64,000 bases of DNA from the sequence record OR352942.1. One strand, written 5' to 3'. Below are positions 21,577 through 32,137 of this stretch, in pieces; position 1 is the first letter of the stretch, and every line of letters begins with the position of its first letter. The notes under the pieces were generated by a model. That model saw only the letters and a program-made list of their open reading frames with translations, was not told where the DNA came from and did no database searches. The DNA is from Escherichia phage AV112. The translations under genes were made by a program, and so were the position numbers.

Positions 21577-23345
21577 AACCTGAAGAAATGAAATCCATGC
21601 GTAGAAATAAGGTCATTGCCGATAATAAACCACAAAAAGTAGCTGCAACAGCAGCTACTGATTCATTAGAAGCATTGAATAACATTTCATCAAAACTAGA
21701 CGATGTCCAAGCCGCGTCTGAACTCACATCACAAAGTGTAGAAGATAAAGGCAATGGAATTATTGAATCAATTGGAGACTTAAAGAATTCGACAGATAAT
21801 ACTGCTGAAGGCACAGAGCTTATCGCAGAAGTTATTGAAAAACAAACTGAAGTCACTAAAAGTATAAACGAAGTTTCTAGTGCAATAAGCTCTAAGTTAG
21901 ACCGATTAGCTACATTATTAGAGCAAAAATTACAAACATCTACCGCTATTCAAAATACAGGAGGCACCTCTCTTGAAGCAATTGAGAACGCAATACCTGT
22001 TAAAGTGGTTGATAACGAAACTTCTGATGAGTTGTTTAAAGCATTACCTACACCTGAAAAGATTGATAATAAGCCAGACGAAGATTTCTTCCCAGCGCCG
22101 GTTCAAGAAAGTGCTAATTCTACTTCTGATTCTAAAGGTGGAATTAGCTTTAAATTGAGCGATAAAATTGCAATGCTCACCAAAACAGTTCAAGCCGGGT
22201 TTAATAAATCGATATCAATTTCAGACAGAATTGCTGGAATGCTTTTCAAATACACTATAACGGCTGCTATTGAAGCCGCAAAAATGGCCGCACTTATTCT
22301 TGGTATTGTTATCGGTATTGATTTATTGATAGTCCATTTCAAATATTGGACAGACAAGTTCACTTCTGCCTGGGATTTATTTGATGAAAACTTTACTAAA
22401 TTCTCCGATGAAGCTAAAGAGTGGGGTAAATTCTTAAGTGATATATTCACTTCTATTGACTCGATAAAACAATTGTGGGAAGCTGGAGACTGGGGTGGTT
22501 TAACCGTTGCTATTGTCAAAGGTGTAGGAACAGCGTTAATGAACTTAGGTGAACTAATTCAATTAGGAATGGCTAAACTCTCCGCGTCTATATTGCGTGC
22601 TATAGGTTTTGGTGATACCGCGGACGAAATAGAAGGACGTGCTTTGGAAGGATTCCAAGAAACTACTGGGAACAAATTAAAGAAAGAAGACCAAGAGAAA
22701 GTCGCTAAATATCAAATGAAGCGTGACGATGGTGAATTAGGAACCGTTTCTAAAGGTCTTGATATGTTACAACGCGGCAAAACATTTGTTACTAACTGGG
22801 TTCGTGGTAATGACAATAAAGAAGAGTTTAGTACAAGCGATGAACGTGCTGCAGAATCAGCAAAATTAAAAGAGTTACCTGAAGAGGAGCGTAAAGAGGC
22901 ATATATAAAAGCTAATGAAACTCGTGCAGCACTGGTTAGATTTGAGGATTATATCGATAAAATCGATATGACTAATCCGGAAAATGCTAAAAACGTCGAG
23001 AAGTCTTATGCTGATTTAAGTAAACTTATTAAAGACCCTGAACTTAATAAAACTCCTGTTGTTAAAAAGGAATTAGATGCTAGATTTGAAAAGCTAAATA
23101 ATAAAATGGCTGAAGCCAAAAAGGCCCAGACGACAGTTAAGCCTGAATCTTCGACTAAATCTCCAGAAGCAAAACAAGTTCAGTCAATAGAGAAAGGACG
23201 TGCTTCTGAATCTAAACAACAGCAACCGGTAGCGGCGATTAGTAACACAAATAATGTCGTCAAAAAGAATACCGTAGTCCAGAATATGACCCCTGTAACA
23301 AGTACAACGGCTCCTGGAATTTTCCATGCCACCGGTGTTAATTAA
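21573..23345 (+). CDS. 29: Baseplate hub / tail length determinator gp29
   Basis: 590 aa as in T4; hydrophobic central segment; synteny. Confidence 0.85.
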   Translation: MKPEEMKSMRRNKVIADNKPQKVAATAATDSLEALNNISSKLDDVQAASELTSQSVEDKGNGIIESIGDLKNSTDNTAEGTELIAEVIEKQTEVTKSINEVSSAISSKLDRLATLLEQKLQTSTAIQNTGGTSLEAIENAIPVKVVDNETSDELFKALPTPEKIDNKPDEDFFPAPVQESANSTSDSKGGISFKLSDKIAMLTKTVQAGFNKSISISDRIAGMLFKYTITAAIEAAKMAALILGIVIGIDLLIVHFKYWTDKFTSAWDLFDENFTKFSDEAKEWGKFLSDIFTSIDSIKQLWEAGDWGGLTVAIVKGVGTALMNLGELIQLGMAKLSASILRAIGFGDTADEIEGRALEGFQETTGNKLKKEDQEKVAKYQMKRDDGELGTVSKGLDMLQRGKTFVTNWVRGNDNKEEFSTSDERAAESAKLKELPEEERKEAYIKANETRAALVRFEDYIDKIDMTNPENAKNVEKSYADLSKLIKDPELNKTPVVKKELDARFEKLNNKMAEAKKAQTTVKPESSTKSPEAKQVQSIEKGRASESKQQQPVAAISNTNNVVKKNTVVQNMTPVTSTTAPGIFHATGVN

Positions 23346-23353
23346 GGATTATT

Positions 23354-24463
23354 ATGATTAGTGTAAAAGAAATAGTAGTAGATGCAAAGGATTTAAATAA
23401 AGCAATCCCAGTCTCAGAAAGTGCTGGGCAAAGCACTAAAACCGAAACAACTACTAAAACTTATGTTGCTCAATTTCCTACAGGAAGAGCAGCCGGAAAT
23501 GACTCCACAGGAGACTTCCAGGTAACAGATCTTTATAAGAATGGATTATTATTTACCGCGTACAATATGTCTGCACGCGATTCAGGATCCCTCAGGAATT
23601 TACGTCCGGCATACGCCGGCACTTCATCTAATGGTATCATATCAGATTTAACTGATAATGTGAAAGATGCAGTGACTAAATTCTCTAATGGGTTGCTTCC
23701 TGCCGGAGCTAATAAACCTACTATAAATAAAACTCCTGTTGCTAATATACTTTTGCCACGTTCCAAATCTGACGTTGATACAACTTCACATCGTTTTAAT
23801 GATATTGGTGATAGCCTTATTACTAAAGGTGGAGGTACTGCTACGGGTGTTTTAAGTAACATTGCTTCTACTGCAGTTTTTGGTGCATTAGATTCTATTA
23901 CTCAAGGGCTTATGGCTGATAATAACGAACAGATTTATACGACTTCTCGTAGTATGTACGGCGGTGCTGAGAACCGTACTAAAGTCTTTACATGGGATTT
24001 AACTCCACGTTCAACTGAAGACCTTATGGCTATTATAAACATTTACCAGTATTTTAACTATTTCTCATATGGTGAGACCGGTAAATCACAGTACGCCCAA
24101 GAGATTAAAAGTTATTTAGACGAATGGTACCGTTCAACGTTTATTGAGCCTATGACGCCTGATGATGCAGTAAAAAATAAGACATTGTTTGAAAAGATTA
24201 CTGCGTCATTAACAAATGTATTAGTTGTAAGCAACCCTACAATTTGGATGGTTAAAAACTTTGGTTATACGTCTAAATTTGATGGATTAACTGACGTATT
24301 TGGCCCATGTCAAATTCAAAGCGTACGTTTTGATAAAACTCCAAATGGACAATTTAATGGTCTTGCTGTTGCTCCTAACTTACCGTCAACATTTACGTTA
24401 GAGATAACAATGCGAGAAATTATTACATTAAACCGTTCTTCACTTTATGCGGGGACTTTCTAA
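23354..24463 (+). CDS. 48: Baseplate-tail tube initiator gp48
   Basis: 369 aa (T4 364); synteny. Confidence 0.85.
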   Translation: MISVKEIVVDAKDLNKAIPVSESAGQSTKTETTTKTYVAQFPTGRAAGNDSTGDFQVTDLYKNGLLFTAYNMSARDSGSLRNLRPAYAGTSSNGIISDLTDNVKDAVTKFSNGLLPAGANKPTINKTPVANILLPRSKSDVDTTSHRFNDIGDSLITKGGGTATGVLSNIASTAVFGALDSITQGLMADNNEQIYTTSRSMYGGAENRTKVFTWDLTPRSTEDLMAIINIYQYFNYFSYGETGKSQYAQEIKSYLDEWYRSTFIEPMTPDDAVKNKTLFEKITASLTNVLVVSNPTIWMVKNFGYTSKFDGLTDVFGPCQIQSVRFDKTPNGQFNGLAVAPNLPSTFTLEITMREIITLNRSSLYAGTF

Positions 24464-25425
24464 TGTACTCTTTAGAAGAATTTAATAACCAAGCTATAAA
24501 TGCAGATTTCCAACGAAACAATATGTTTAGTTGTGTATTTGCTACTACACCATCAACCAAATCGTCTTCACTAATTTCGTCAATTGGTAGTTTTGCTTAT
24601 AATAACTTAGGGTTGGATTCCGATTGGCTAGGATTGACTCAAGGTGATATTAATCAGGGCGTAACAACCCTGATTACAGCAGGAACACAGAAATTAATTC
24701 GAAAATCAGGTGTAAGTAAATATCTGATTGGAGCAATGAGTCAACGTACGGTACAAAGCTTGTTAGGCGAGTTCACAGTAGGAGCTTATCTGATAGACTT
24801 CTTCAATATGGCATATAATAATACAGGTTTAATGATTTATTCTGTAAAAATGCCTGAGAACCGATTATCTTATGAAACGGATTTCAACTATAACTCCCCG
24901 AACATCCGAATTACCGGCCGTGAAATGGACCCGTTAGTAATAAGCTTTAGAATGGATTCCGAAGCATCTAACTTTAGAGCAATGCAAGACTGGGTAAACT
25001 CGGTCCAAGACCCTGTAACAGGTCTTCGTGCTTTACCACAAGACGTCGAAGCAGATATTCAGGTTAATTTACATGCACGAAATGGTTTACCACATACCGC
25101 TGTCATGTTCACCGGATGTATTCCTGTTAGTGTCTCTTCTCCTGAGTTAACGTATGATGGTGATAATCAGATAACAGTTTTTGATGTAACATTTGCTTAT
25201 CGCGTTATGCAATCAGGTGCTGTAAATAGACAGGCTGCTTTAGAATGGCTGGAATCAGGACTTATTAGTAGTGTTTCAGGAATGTTTGGAAATAATCAGA
25301 ATGATTCTGGACTAGGAAGTGCAGTATCAAGACTTTCTAGATTAGGTGGGACTGCTGGAGGTGTGTCTAATATAAACACATTGACAGGTGTGGTGAATTC
25401 TGCGTCAAGAGTTTTAGGACTATAA
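24463..25425 (+). CDS. 54: Baseplate-tail tube initiator gp54
   Basis: 320 aa as in T4; synteny. Confidence 0.85.
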   Translation: MYSLEEFNNQAINADFQRNNMFSCVFATTPSTKSSSLISSIGSFAYNNLGLDSDWLGLTQGDINQGVTTLITAGTQKLIRKSGVSKYLIGAMSQRTVQSLLGEFTVGAYLIDFFNMAYNNTGLMIYSVKMPENRLSYETDFNYNSPNIRITGREMDPLVISFRMDSEASNFRAMQDWVNSVQDPVTGLRALPQDVEADIQVNLHARNGLPHTAVMFTGCIPVSVSSPELTYDGDNQITVFDVTFAYRVMQSGAVNRQAALEWLESGLISSVSGMFGNNQNDSGLGSAVSRLSRLGGTAGGVSNINTLTGVVNSASRVLGL

Positions 25426-25430
25426 GGAAA

Positions 25431-25456
25431 AAAAAAGGGAGACGACGTCTCCCTTT
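25431..25456 (-). terminator. Terminator between gene 54 and alt-region ORF
   Basis: GGGAGACG-ACG-UCUCCC hairpin followed on minus strand by T9. Confidence 0.7.
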
Positions 25457-25462
25457 AGGGGT

Positions 25463-25756
25463 TTATTTACGGAATGAAAGGAATGCTGGTGCTCTGAATG
25501 GAGTATCATCTTTAGAGTATTTAACTAATACGACCATTGGTACCTCTGTTTCTAAATGACCTGTCACTACACCGACAAAAATTTGATCAGTGTGCTCAGG
25601 GTCACGAAAGTTTTTAAGAGGTTCCATAGCAATATGGAATGCACCTGGGAATACTCGATTCAATTCGTCAATCACAGCTTCGTTAAAAGCATCATCCGCT
25701 GGGATAACATCTTCAACTACTAGTTCTTGACCATTAAAGCGAAGCATAGATTTCAT
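25463..25756 (-). CDS. Hypothetical protein (alt-upstream-region ORF)
   Basis: Trimmed to internal ATG with GAGGAAAAC RBS because an early promoter lies inside the longer track ORF. Confidence 0.6.
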   Translation of the reverse strand: MKSMLRFNGQELVVEDVIPADDAFNEAVIDELNRVFPGAFHIAMEPLKNFRDPEHTDQIFVGVVTGHLETEVPMVVLVKYSKDDTPFRAPAFLSFRK

Positions 25757-25782
25757 AACGTTTTCCTCATGTTGTTGATAGG

Positions 25783-25818
25783 ATGATAGTATCACACATC
25801 CATGTGTTTGTAAACTAT
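25783..25818 (-). promoter_or_regulatory. Early-type promoter GTTTAC-N18-TACTAT
   Basis: Upstream of ORF 25463-25756. Confidence 0.6.
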
Positions 25819-27902
25819 CCTTGGACAAATTTAAACGGAACTGATTCTAAATCCATTAAAGATGCTAACAATTTCAATCCTTTAGGAGCACTAGTTTTTT
25901 CTACAAATGAAGAGAACGATACCGGCTCATCCGATTCGATTTCACCAGTCATAGCAACCACCTCGCCTGTTTCCATGAGAACATCACCATCGTAAATGAC
26001 AGCTTCGTCCAACTGGTCTGAGGACATGACTTCAGCTTGAATAAATTTAAGGTTGGATTCTAAACCTGCACCAGTGTCAGATGACGCATCTGTAATTTTA
26101 TTTATCTGCAAGAGAATGCCTCTAGGCAAAATAATTTCTTGCTCGTTAGGGTGATTACTCAACTGTCCAGGATAAATCACGTTAACTTTATGGGCGCCAT
26201 CAATAGCCCATCCAACGTTAACACGGATTTGGTCTGGTGCATGCATAGCTGTTCTTACTTGACTAGGAGAAATAGTAACACCTTCGTCATTATTATCAAT
26301 GTTAAGCTCTTTGCGAACTTCTTCAGGAGCAAGTCCAAGGGCAACGTTCTCTTTAAACCCACCGAAAATAATAGGAGCTAGTGAAGTGGAAACATAGTTT
26401 CTGAAGTAGAATACCTTATTTTTAACCATTGCTTCGTAAATAGGCATTCTGATAGACTGAGCTCTATATAACGTTAGTCCTTCAGGTAAACGGTCTCCAT
26501 TTAAAAACGCCGAATCAAGACCATCAATAGCGCGTTTAACTTCATCTTCATCTGCAACATCGTAAAAATCTGGTTTATAACGACCTAACAACATATTATT
26601 GATATCGGTATACGCAGAAGAGGCATATTCACGAATAGCTCGTTTTTCAGCAACAGAGTATTGATTAGGGACCCGATTCATTGTTATATTAAAGGTGCCT
26701 CTGGCCGATTCTCGTGCATAAGTATACATCACATTAGACAAGAACGCTGATTTACGTTGTTTCCAAGTTTTTTCAGATAATTCAGCTAAAACGTCGTCAG
26801 CCAGTTGGAAATTATCACGTCTAAAATCTTCAAACCATTCGTCTTTAATAGAGTCTGCAATTTCATTTGCAGCTTCAACAAAAGCAGCTAATGCTTTAAC
26901 AGATGTTGTTTTTTCAGTTTTAATTTTCTTAGCAAACTTTTCTAAAGTTGGCTTAATAACACTACCATAAGAAACTTCATCAGCAAATCTAAAGGATTCA
27001 TCAATACGATTATAAATCTTATTTTCGATATCAGCAACTAAAGTGCCTTTTGCTGTGGACGATGCTTGGGCTAGTACGATTTCATATGCTTCAGGAAGTA
27101 ATTCGGCTGTAGCTGGGCCACTAACTTCTTTAGCAGAATTTTCGTATTTCTGGAATAACTCGCCTTCTTGGCGGTCAGCTTCTAAAGATTGACTTGCTGC
27201 AATAGCACGACGAGAAATTTTAGTACGAGCAATAACAGGCTTATCTTTACGTTTTTCTTCTACAGCAGCAATAGAACCAGCGATAGCCGTTTCTTTGGTG
27301 ACCTTTTCGCCAGTCTTTTTACTCACATAAACTTCGCCAACATCAGAATCTACTTTCGTGTACAACTCTGTGTTAATGTTAGGGATGCCTTTAATATCTT
27401 CAATGTTAGCATTTTTACGAACCATCATCACATAGGTGTGTTTACCTGTGAATTGATACATTGCCGACAATACTTTAAAACGACCACCGGTTTTAGTAGA
27501 AACTAAACGAGCAAGAAGAGTTTGAAGTTGTTGTCCACGTCCTTTCAATTTCTTGGTAGGGAATCGGAACAGAACTGCATCCATACGAAGAGCTTTAACC
27601 TGTTCATATACTGTATTGAAAATGGTATTGATTGCGTCAATAGGAGCAGGACCAAGGCCATTTTTCAATTCAGCGAGATTACCCTTTTCAGACAAACTCA
27701 TAATAACAACATGAGCGTATTTGTCGCCAAGTTTAACTTGTTTTACAGCATCGCCTTCAGAAAGGTAAGAGAATAAGCGAACTACGATGTTTGTATCAAC
27801 ATCACCAATTTTCCAGACTTGTGGAACTTTAGCTTTAGGGTTCAAATTGACGACAGGAAGACTGCCTTCAGATTCAAACACTTCATTTAATTGTTCAGAC
27901 AT
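25815..27902 (-). CDS. alt: Alt, packaged ADP-ribosyltransferase
   Basis: 695 aa (T4 682); C-terminal ART-like STS (YVSTSL) and EQE motifs. Confidence 0.9.
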   Translation of the reverse strand: MSEQLNEVFESEGSLPVVNLNPKAKVPQVWKIGDVDTNIVVRLFSYLSEGDAVKQVKLGDKYAHVVIMSLSEKGNLAELKNGLGPAPIDAINTIFNTVYEQVKALRMDAVLFRFPTKKLKGRGQQLQTLLARLVSTKTGGRFKVLSAMYQFTGKHTYVMMVRKNANIEDIKGIPNINTELYTKVDSDVGEVYVSKKTGEKVTKETAIAGSIAAVEEKRKDKPVIARTKISRRAIAASQSLEADRQEGELFQKYENSAKEVSGPATAELLPEAYEIVLAQASSTAKGTLVADIENKIYNRIDESFRFADEVSYGSVIKPTLEKFAKKIKTEKTTSVKALAAFVEAANEIADSIKDEWFEDFRRDNFQLADDVLAELSEKTWKQRKSAFLSNVMYTYARESARGTFNITMNRVPNQYSVAEKRAIREYASSAYTDINNMLLGRYKPDFYDVADEDEVKRAIDGLDSAFLNGDRLPEGLTLYRAQSIRMPIYEAMVKNKVFYFRNYVSTSLAPIIFGGFKENVALGLAPEEVRKELNIDNNDEGVTISPSQVRTAMHAPDQIRVNVGWAIDGAHKVNVIYPGQLSNHPNEQEIILPRGILLQINKITDASSDTGAGLESNLKFIQAEVMSSDQLDEAVIYDGDVLMETGEVVAMTGEIESDEPVSFSSFVEKTSAPKGLKLLASLMDLESVPFKFVQG

Positions 27903-27942
27903 AGTGTTTTCCTTTTAGTAATAATTTATATTTATGCCAAAA

Positions 27943-27958
27943 AGAGCCCGAAGGCTCT
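27943..27958 (-). terminator. Hairpin terminator upstream of alt
   Basis: AGAGCC-UUCG-GGCUCU then UUUUUGG on minus strand. Confidence 0.5.
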
Positions 27959-28167
27959 TAATCCACAATCGGGAGCAAAGTACGATAAACTTCAAAATTA
28001 GGGCCTTTTTCGTACCCATTAACGTTATCTACGAAAACCCGATACGAATTTTCATTAGGAAAATCTAATACAATTTGGGAACAAGAGGTGGAAACATCTC
28101 CACCATCCTTCTTAGCTACAATAACTGTTTCTAAATAAGCTTTCATTATAAACCTGTCTGGGACCAC
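27958..28167 (-). CDS. Hypothetical protein
   Basis: 69-aa ORF between ligase and alt; start overlaps ligase 3' end. Confidence 0.45.
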   Translation of the reverse strand: MVPDRFIMKAYLETVIVAKKDGGDVSTSCSQIVLDFPNENSYRVFVDNVNGYEKGPNFEVYRTLLPIVD

Positions 28168-29639
28168 GGTCCAAATACGTCTTCAAATGAATCCGCTTCT
28201 GTTTTATCAAAACGGAACCCTTTAATAATTGGAAGGAAAATACCTACAGTGCCTTCACGGCCTTTAGAATGAACCCAACCATTACATTCACAATCAGCGA
28301 TACGTCCAATTAATTTACCTTCACGAGCTTCGGTCATTAATCGTTCACGGTCTAAATCATGACGCTCGTCTAAAGGAATAAGAACCTTTACACCATCAAC
28401 TGTTTTATGAGTTGTATCTTTAAAACCTGAACCACAATCGGTTGTAATACGTCGACAACGTGATACGAGTTCGACACCACCTAATTTGTTAGGGTCTTTG
28501 GAGTGTTCATAGTATCCTACAACTTCTAAAGCGATATCAATAACTTCTTTAAATTTAATTAGGTTCTTAGAGCGTTTGTTTTCCCAGTATGAATCACGGT
28601 TTTTAAGGATAATACCTTCAAGACCTTGGTCAACATATTTTTTATAAACCACTTTAGCTTCGTCAAGATTACGAACTAACTGATTTTCAATTGGTTCAAT
28701 TCGCTTAAAGCCTTCAGCCATATTTTCAAGAGCGGCAAAACGAACATCGTATTTCTGACCTTTAATTTTGCCATCAGAATAGACTTCATCTAAAGGAACA
28801 TAGTCCCAGGCTTGAAGAACCATACCTTCCGCTTCTTTAGGAGAAATAGTCCCTTGAAGAGATTTATTTGCTAAACCATTTGAAGTGCTACGGTCTGCAA
28901 CTTGTACTTCTTCTGATTCTTCATTATCACCAAATAAGAACGACAGGTCATTTCCTGAGCTCACAGCCTTTTTAATATCAAATGAATGATAAACTAATTC
29001 ACCGTCGATTAAAACCCCATTAGGGTGTCTTTCACGAGCTTCTTTAGTCATTTCCATTAGTTCATCCGCTAATAGAGTAAGACCATGGTATTCGTTACCA
29101 GCACGAGAAAAGAATTGAACACCATCATCGCGAACTTCAGCGAAACAACGAGCACCATCTGCTTTTAATTGGGCAAATGCGGGCCATTTAATATTTTTAG
29201 TAATCAATTTCTCATCATATGCAGATGCTAACATCTGTGGTTGCAATTGAATAAGTCCAGGCCACACCTTATTAGCAATAGACACTGAAGCACCTACTTC
29301 AAGGTCGCGCATCATTACACGACGAAGGACTTCTACATCATCGGGTTTACCATCAGCGATATAACCCATGAGCTCTTTAATTGCAGCGTTACCAGTGAGT
29401 TTACGAGTGGCTAATGTGAACTCAATAAAATCCAACATGTCATCTAATTCAAGAAGTCCATACGCTTGAGACCTTTCACCAGGCCCTGGCCATTTCTTAA
29501 TATAATACTGGATACCGCGTGCATATGTTAAACGATACACACGTTCAAGTAATTTGTTGTCCTTATTTTTCTTAAGGATTTCTTGTTTTGTTTTAGTAGA
29601 ACCGATCGCAGCTATTTGGTTTAAAATATCTAAAATCAT
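28146..29639 (-). CDS. 30: ATP-dependent DNA ligase gp30
   Basis: 497 aa; adenylation motif KADGAR; N-terminus MILDILNQIAAIGSTKTKQ resembles T4 ligase. Confidence 0.95.
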   Translation of the reverse strand: MILDILNQIAAIGSTKTKQEILKKNKDNKLLERVYRLTYARGIQYYIKKWPGPGERSQAYGLLELDDMLDFIEFTLATRKLTGNAAIKELMGYIADGKPDDVEVLRRVMMRDLEVGASVSIANKVWPGLIQLQPQMLASAYDEKLITKNIKWPAFAQLKADGARCFAEVRDDGVQFFSRAGNEYHGLTLLADELMEMTKEARERHPNGVLIDGELVYHSFDIKKAVSSGNDLSFLFGDNEESEEVQVADRSTSNGLANKSLQGTISPKEAEGMVLQAWDYVPLDEVYSDGKIKGQKYDVRFAALENMAEGFKRIEPIENQLVRNLDEAKVVYKKYVDQGLEGIILKNRDSYWENKRSKNLIKFKEVIDIALEVVGYYEHSKDPNKLGGVELVSRCRRITTDCGSGFKDTTHKTVDGVKVLIPLDERHDLDRERLMTEAREGKLIGRIADCECNGWVHSKGREGTVGIFLPIIKGFRFDKTEADSFEDVFGPWSQTGL

Positions 29640-29905
29640 TTGATGTCCTCGATTTTGGTTACGGTTCTATTATAAGCCACTTCATCTAGAAGCGATTTCA
29701 GCGTTTTCTGATAAGTGGTAATCCATTTGCCGAGACCTTCAACATAATATTCTGAGATGTAGATGAACCCTTGTTCAACACACTCTTTAAATATTTCTGC
29801 ATCTTTTACTGAACGAAACAACGGCCAGTCTCGAAAGAACATGTTAACGTGACCGTAGTCACGCGTTGTGTTTTTGCCATCTGTAATATCATGAACTACA
29901 AACAT
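29636..29905 (-). CDS. Hypothetical protein (30.1-like)
   Basis: 89-aa ORF overlapping ligase start. Confidence 0.6.
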   Translation of the reverse strand: MFVVHDITDGKNTTRDYGHVNMFFRDWPLFRSVKDAEIFKECVEQGFIYISEYYVEGLGKWITTYQKTLKSLLDEVAYNRTVTKIEDIK

Positions 29906-29914
29906 AATTAACCC

Positions 29915-30730
29915 TTAACAATTTGTAGACCAAGTCCATTTGGACGAATCTAAAGGAAAGTTTTGAATCGTCCACCATGGCTGCATATCGGTTGGTCCTG
30001 GGGTTCGCCAGGTATACGGATTCGACGGAGCGCCAATTTGATTAGGCCATGCGCCTGGACTTGTTGTACCAGATTCTTTAAGCAAATCCGCCAATCGTTT
30101 TAAAAGGTCTTCATGATCTGAATCTGAATTATGCTCGGGAGGAACCAAACGAGATTCAATATCATCCCACGTGTGTACACGTTGTGCAGTACGAGGAATG
30201 GCATCACGTTCACCACGAGCCAACCAATAAATCGGTACATTAAGAATTTCTGCCGCATGGTCACAGTGATGAGCTAAATCGTCAACGTAACAAATCACGT
30301 TATATTTTGTTTTAGCTAGTTCGAATAATTGTTCCTTTGAAGAATCATGACCACACATCATTACTTCAGAGAAAGCGCCTGGGAACAAAGCATTCAAATT
30401 AAATTGTCTATTCAATCGAGCATCAATTGAATCACCTAGCGCCGTCACGGCTACAAAATTATAGTCTTCCTTTAGTTTATTGATAACTCGAAGAGCATCC
30501 GAATAAGGCGCTAAGTAACGAATAAAATCAGAGCGATTATATTTTTCTATTAATTGTTTACCGAGGTTATCGTCGGTATTGAATAGTTTACCAGGAGAAA
30601 TAAATTTTTCGTCCTGAATCATTTTTAAAATATGTTCTAATGGAAGATTATATTTTTGGGCAAAATAAGGAAGTCCGGATTGCCAGCTTAAACATACACC
30701 ATCAATATCAGTTAAAATAGTAGGTTTCAT
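29915..30730 (-). CDS. HAD-like hydrolase (30.2-like)
   Basis: 271 aa; N-terminal DIDGV phosphoryl-acceptor-like motif. Confidence 0.65.
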   Translation of the reverse strand: MKPTILTDIDGVCLSWQSGLPYFAQKYNLPLEHILKMIQDEKFISPGKLFNTDDNLGKQLIEKYNRSDFIRYLAPYSDALRVINKLKEDYNFVAVTALGDSIDARLNRQFNLNALFPGAFSEVMMCGHDSSKEQLFELAKTKYNVICYVDDLAHHCDHAAEILNVPIYWLARGERDAIPRTAQRVHTWDDIESRLVPPEHNSDSDHEDLLKRLADLLKESGTTSPGAWPNQIGAPSNPYTWRTPGPTDMQPWWTIQNFPLDSSKWTWSTNC

Positions 30731-31179
30731 AAAGAGTCTCTTAATAGGTTTAACACATCAATAAATTCAGCTTCGGTTAGTATTGTATCATCTTTTGTTA
30801 GACCGCTAGCCATGCTGTGCTTCAAAATTTTTCCTTTAGAGGCTTGTAAGGCATCACGAAACCCCTTGTTTTGGATCGCGGCTTCAAAATATGCATTTGT
30901 GTATAATTCTTTCCACGCTTCAGAGTATCTTGAAAATGGAACTCCTAACCAGAAGAGAGTCCCACGGTCCTGAGCTCTTGCATAAGACCTTCCAGCTTGC
31001 TGTGCAGCCAATCCAGACAACCCAAATATACGTTTTTGTTGTTCAACGTTTTTCACCTTACATCCTTGGAGAAATCCTTCAAGTCCTCCGAATTGAATAC
31101 CATCCATAACAAAAGGCCATTGAGCAAAGTTACTTAATGCACATGACGGCCATTTGAAATTGCTTCTGATTTCAATCAT
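30727..31179 (-). CDS. Conserved hypothetical protein (30.3-like)
   Basis: 150-aa ORF, 4-nt overlap with neighbours. Confidence 0.6.
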   Translation of the reverse strand: MIEIRSNFKWPSCALSNFAQWPFVMDGIQFGGLEGFLQGCKVKNVEQQKRIFGLSGLAAQQAGRSYARAQDRGTLFWLGVPFSRYSEAWKELYTNAYFEAAIQNKGFRDALQASKGKILKHSMASGLTKDDTILTEAEFIDVLNLLRDSL

Positions 31180-31370
31180 AGTCTTTTAAGGCTTTTGATA
31201 ACTTCTAATTCAGAACTCATGCGAACGTCTTCAGTTCCATCGACCCATAAGACGGTGTAGGCTTTTTTAATAGTAACATTACCTAATTTAAAAGCAGGTA
31301 GAACCTTGGAAATCATTCCAGGAATACCTACACCTTTTAACTGGACTGTTTGTGATAAGAATAGTTGCAT
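31176..31370 (-). CDS. Hypothetical protein
   Basis: 64-aa ORF in tightly overlapping array. Confidence 0.5.
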   Translation of the reverse strand: MQLFLSQTVQLKGVGIPGMISKVLPAFKLGNVTIKKAYTVLWVDGTEDVRMSSELEVIKSLKRL

Positions 31371-31657
31371 TAGAACCTCATCTGAAAGCCGTGTGATTTA
31401 ACATTGCCACCATAGATGTCAGAGGTATTGACTTCACGGGCGACACTTGGGTCGATATTGATATCACGGTTGAGCTTAGTGATTGCTAGGGTATCACGAC
31501 CATTAACAGTACGGAATTCTACCGGGCATACAACATCAGCATAAGCCTTAATAGATTCACGAGTAGGTTGTTTGTCGGCAGGAACATCTTTACCTGCTTT
31601 AGAGAAAACAACTTCACAGAAATTTTTACGAGTATCGAAATAAGTGGTCATAAACAT
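31370..31657 (-). CDS. Hypothetical protein
   Basis: Trimmed to internal ATG preceded by GAGGAAAAT RBS; a hairpin GGAGGCttcgGCCTCC covers the longer ORF start. Confidence 0.55.
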   Translation of the reverse strand: MFMTTYFDTRKNFCEVVFSKAGKDVPADKQPTRESIKAYADVVCPVEFRTVNGRDTLAITKLNRDINIDPSVAREVNTSDIYGGNVKSHGFQMRF

Positions 31658-31697
31658 AATATTTTCCTCAATGGAGGCCGAAGCCTCCATTTTTAAA

Positions 31698-32063
31698 TTA
31701 GATATCGAATTCGTTCAGAACTACATCAAAGATTGCTTCCAGGTGTTCAGGTTTAGCTCGATTGCTCAGGATGTGACGAATCCAAGTTTTAACCAGAAGT
31801 TTACGATTAACACCGTTCCAGCAAGGATGAGTACCTAAATCACGCTGACGGAAATCATCATCTAATGCAATTTTAAAATTTGAACCTTCCATCGTGATTG
31901 AAACCGTGATGCCATTTTCAAATCGCATATAAACATAATTAGGAGTCATGCACTGCTCAATTTCACATACTGAACCATTTTTATGCTTCCACAAACAAAC
32001 CATATCGATAGAACCAGCGATACCGTTAGAAACATATTTGCGTTCGAAGTTGGTGTAGTTCAT
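31698..32063 (-). CDS. Hypothetical protein (30.x-region)
   Basis: 121-aa ORF with early promoter upstream. Confidence 0.6.
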   Translation of the reverse strand: MNYTNFERKYVSNGIAGSIDMVCLWKHKNGSVCEIEQCMTPNYVYMRFENGITVSITMEGSNFKIALDDDFRQRDLGTHPCWNGVNRKLLVKTWIRHILSNRAKPEHLEAIFDVVLNEFDI

Positions 32064-32100
32064 TTTATTCTCCAGATGTTTAAGTTGTTTGTTGGTACAG

Positions 32101-32135
32101 GTCTATAATAACATAACCTGTACCAAAGTAAACAT
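32101..32135 (-). promoter_or_regulatory. Early-type promoter; -10 flanked by 8-bp inverted repeat
   Basis: GTTTAC plus A/T-rich -10; upstream of ORF 31698-32063. Confidence 0.55.
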
Positions 32136-32137
32136 TT

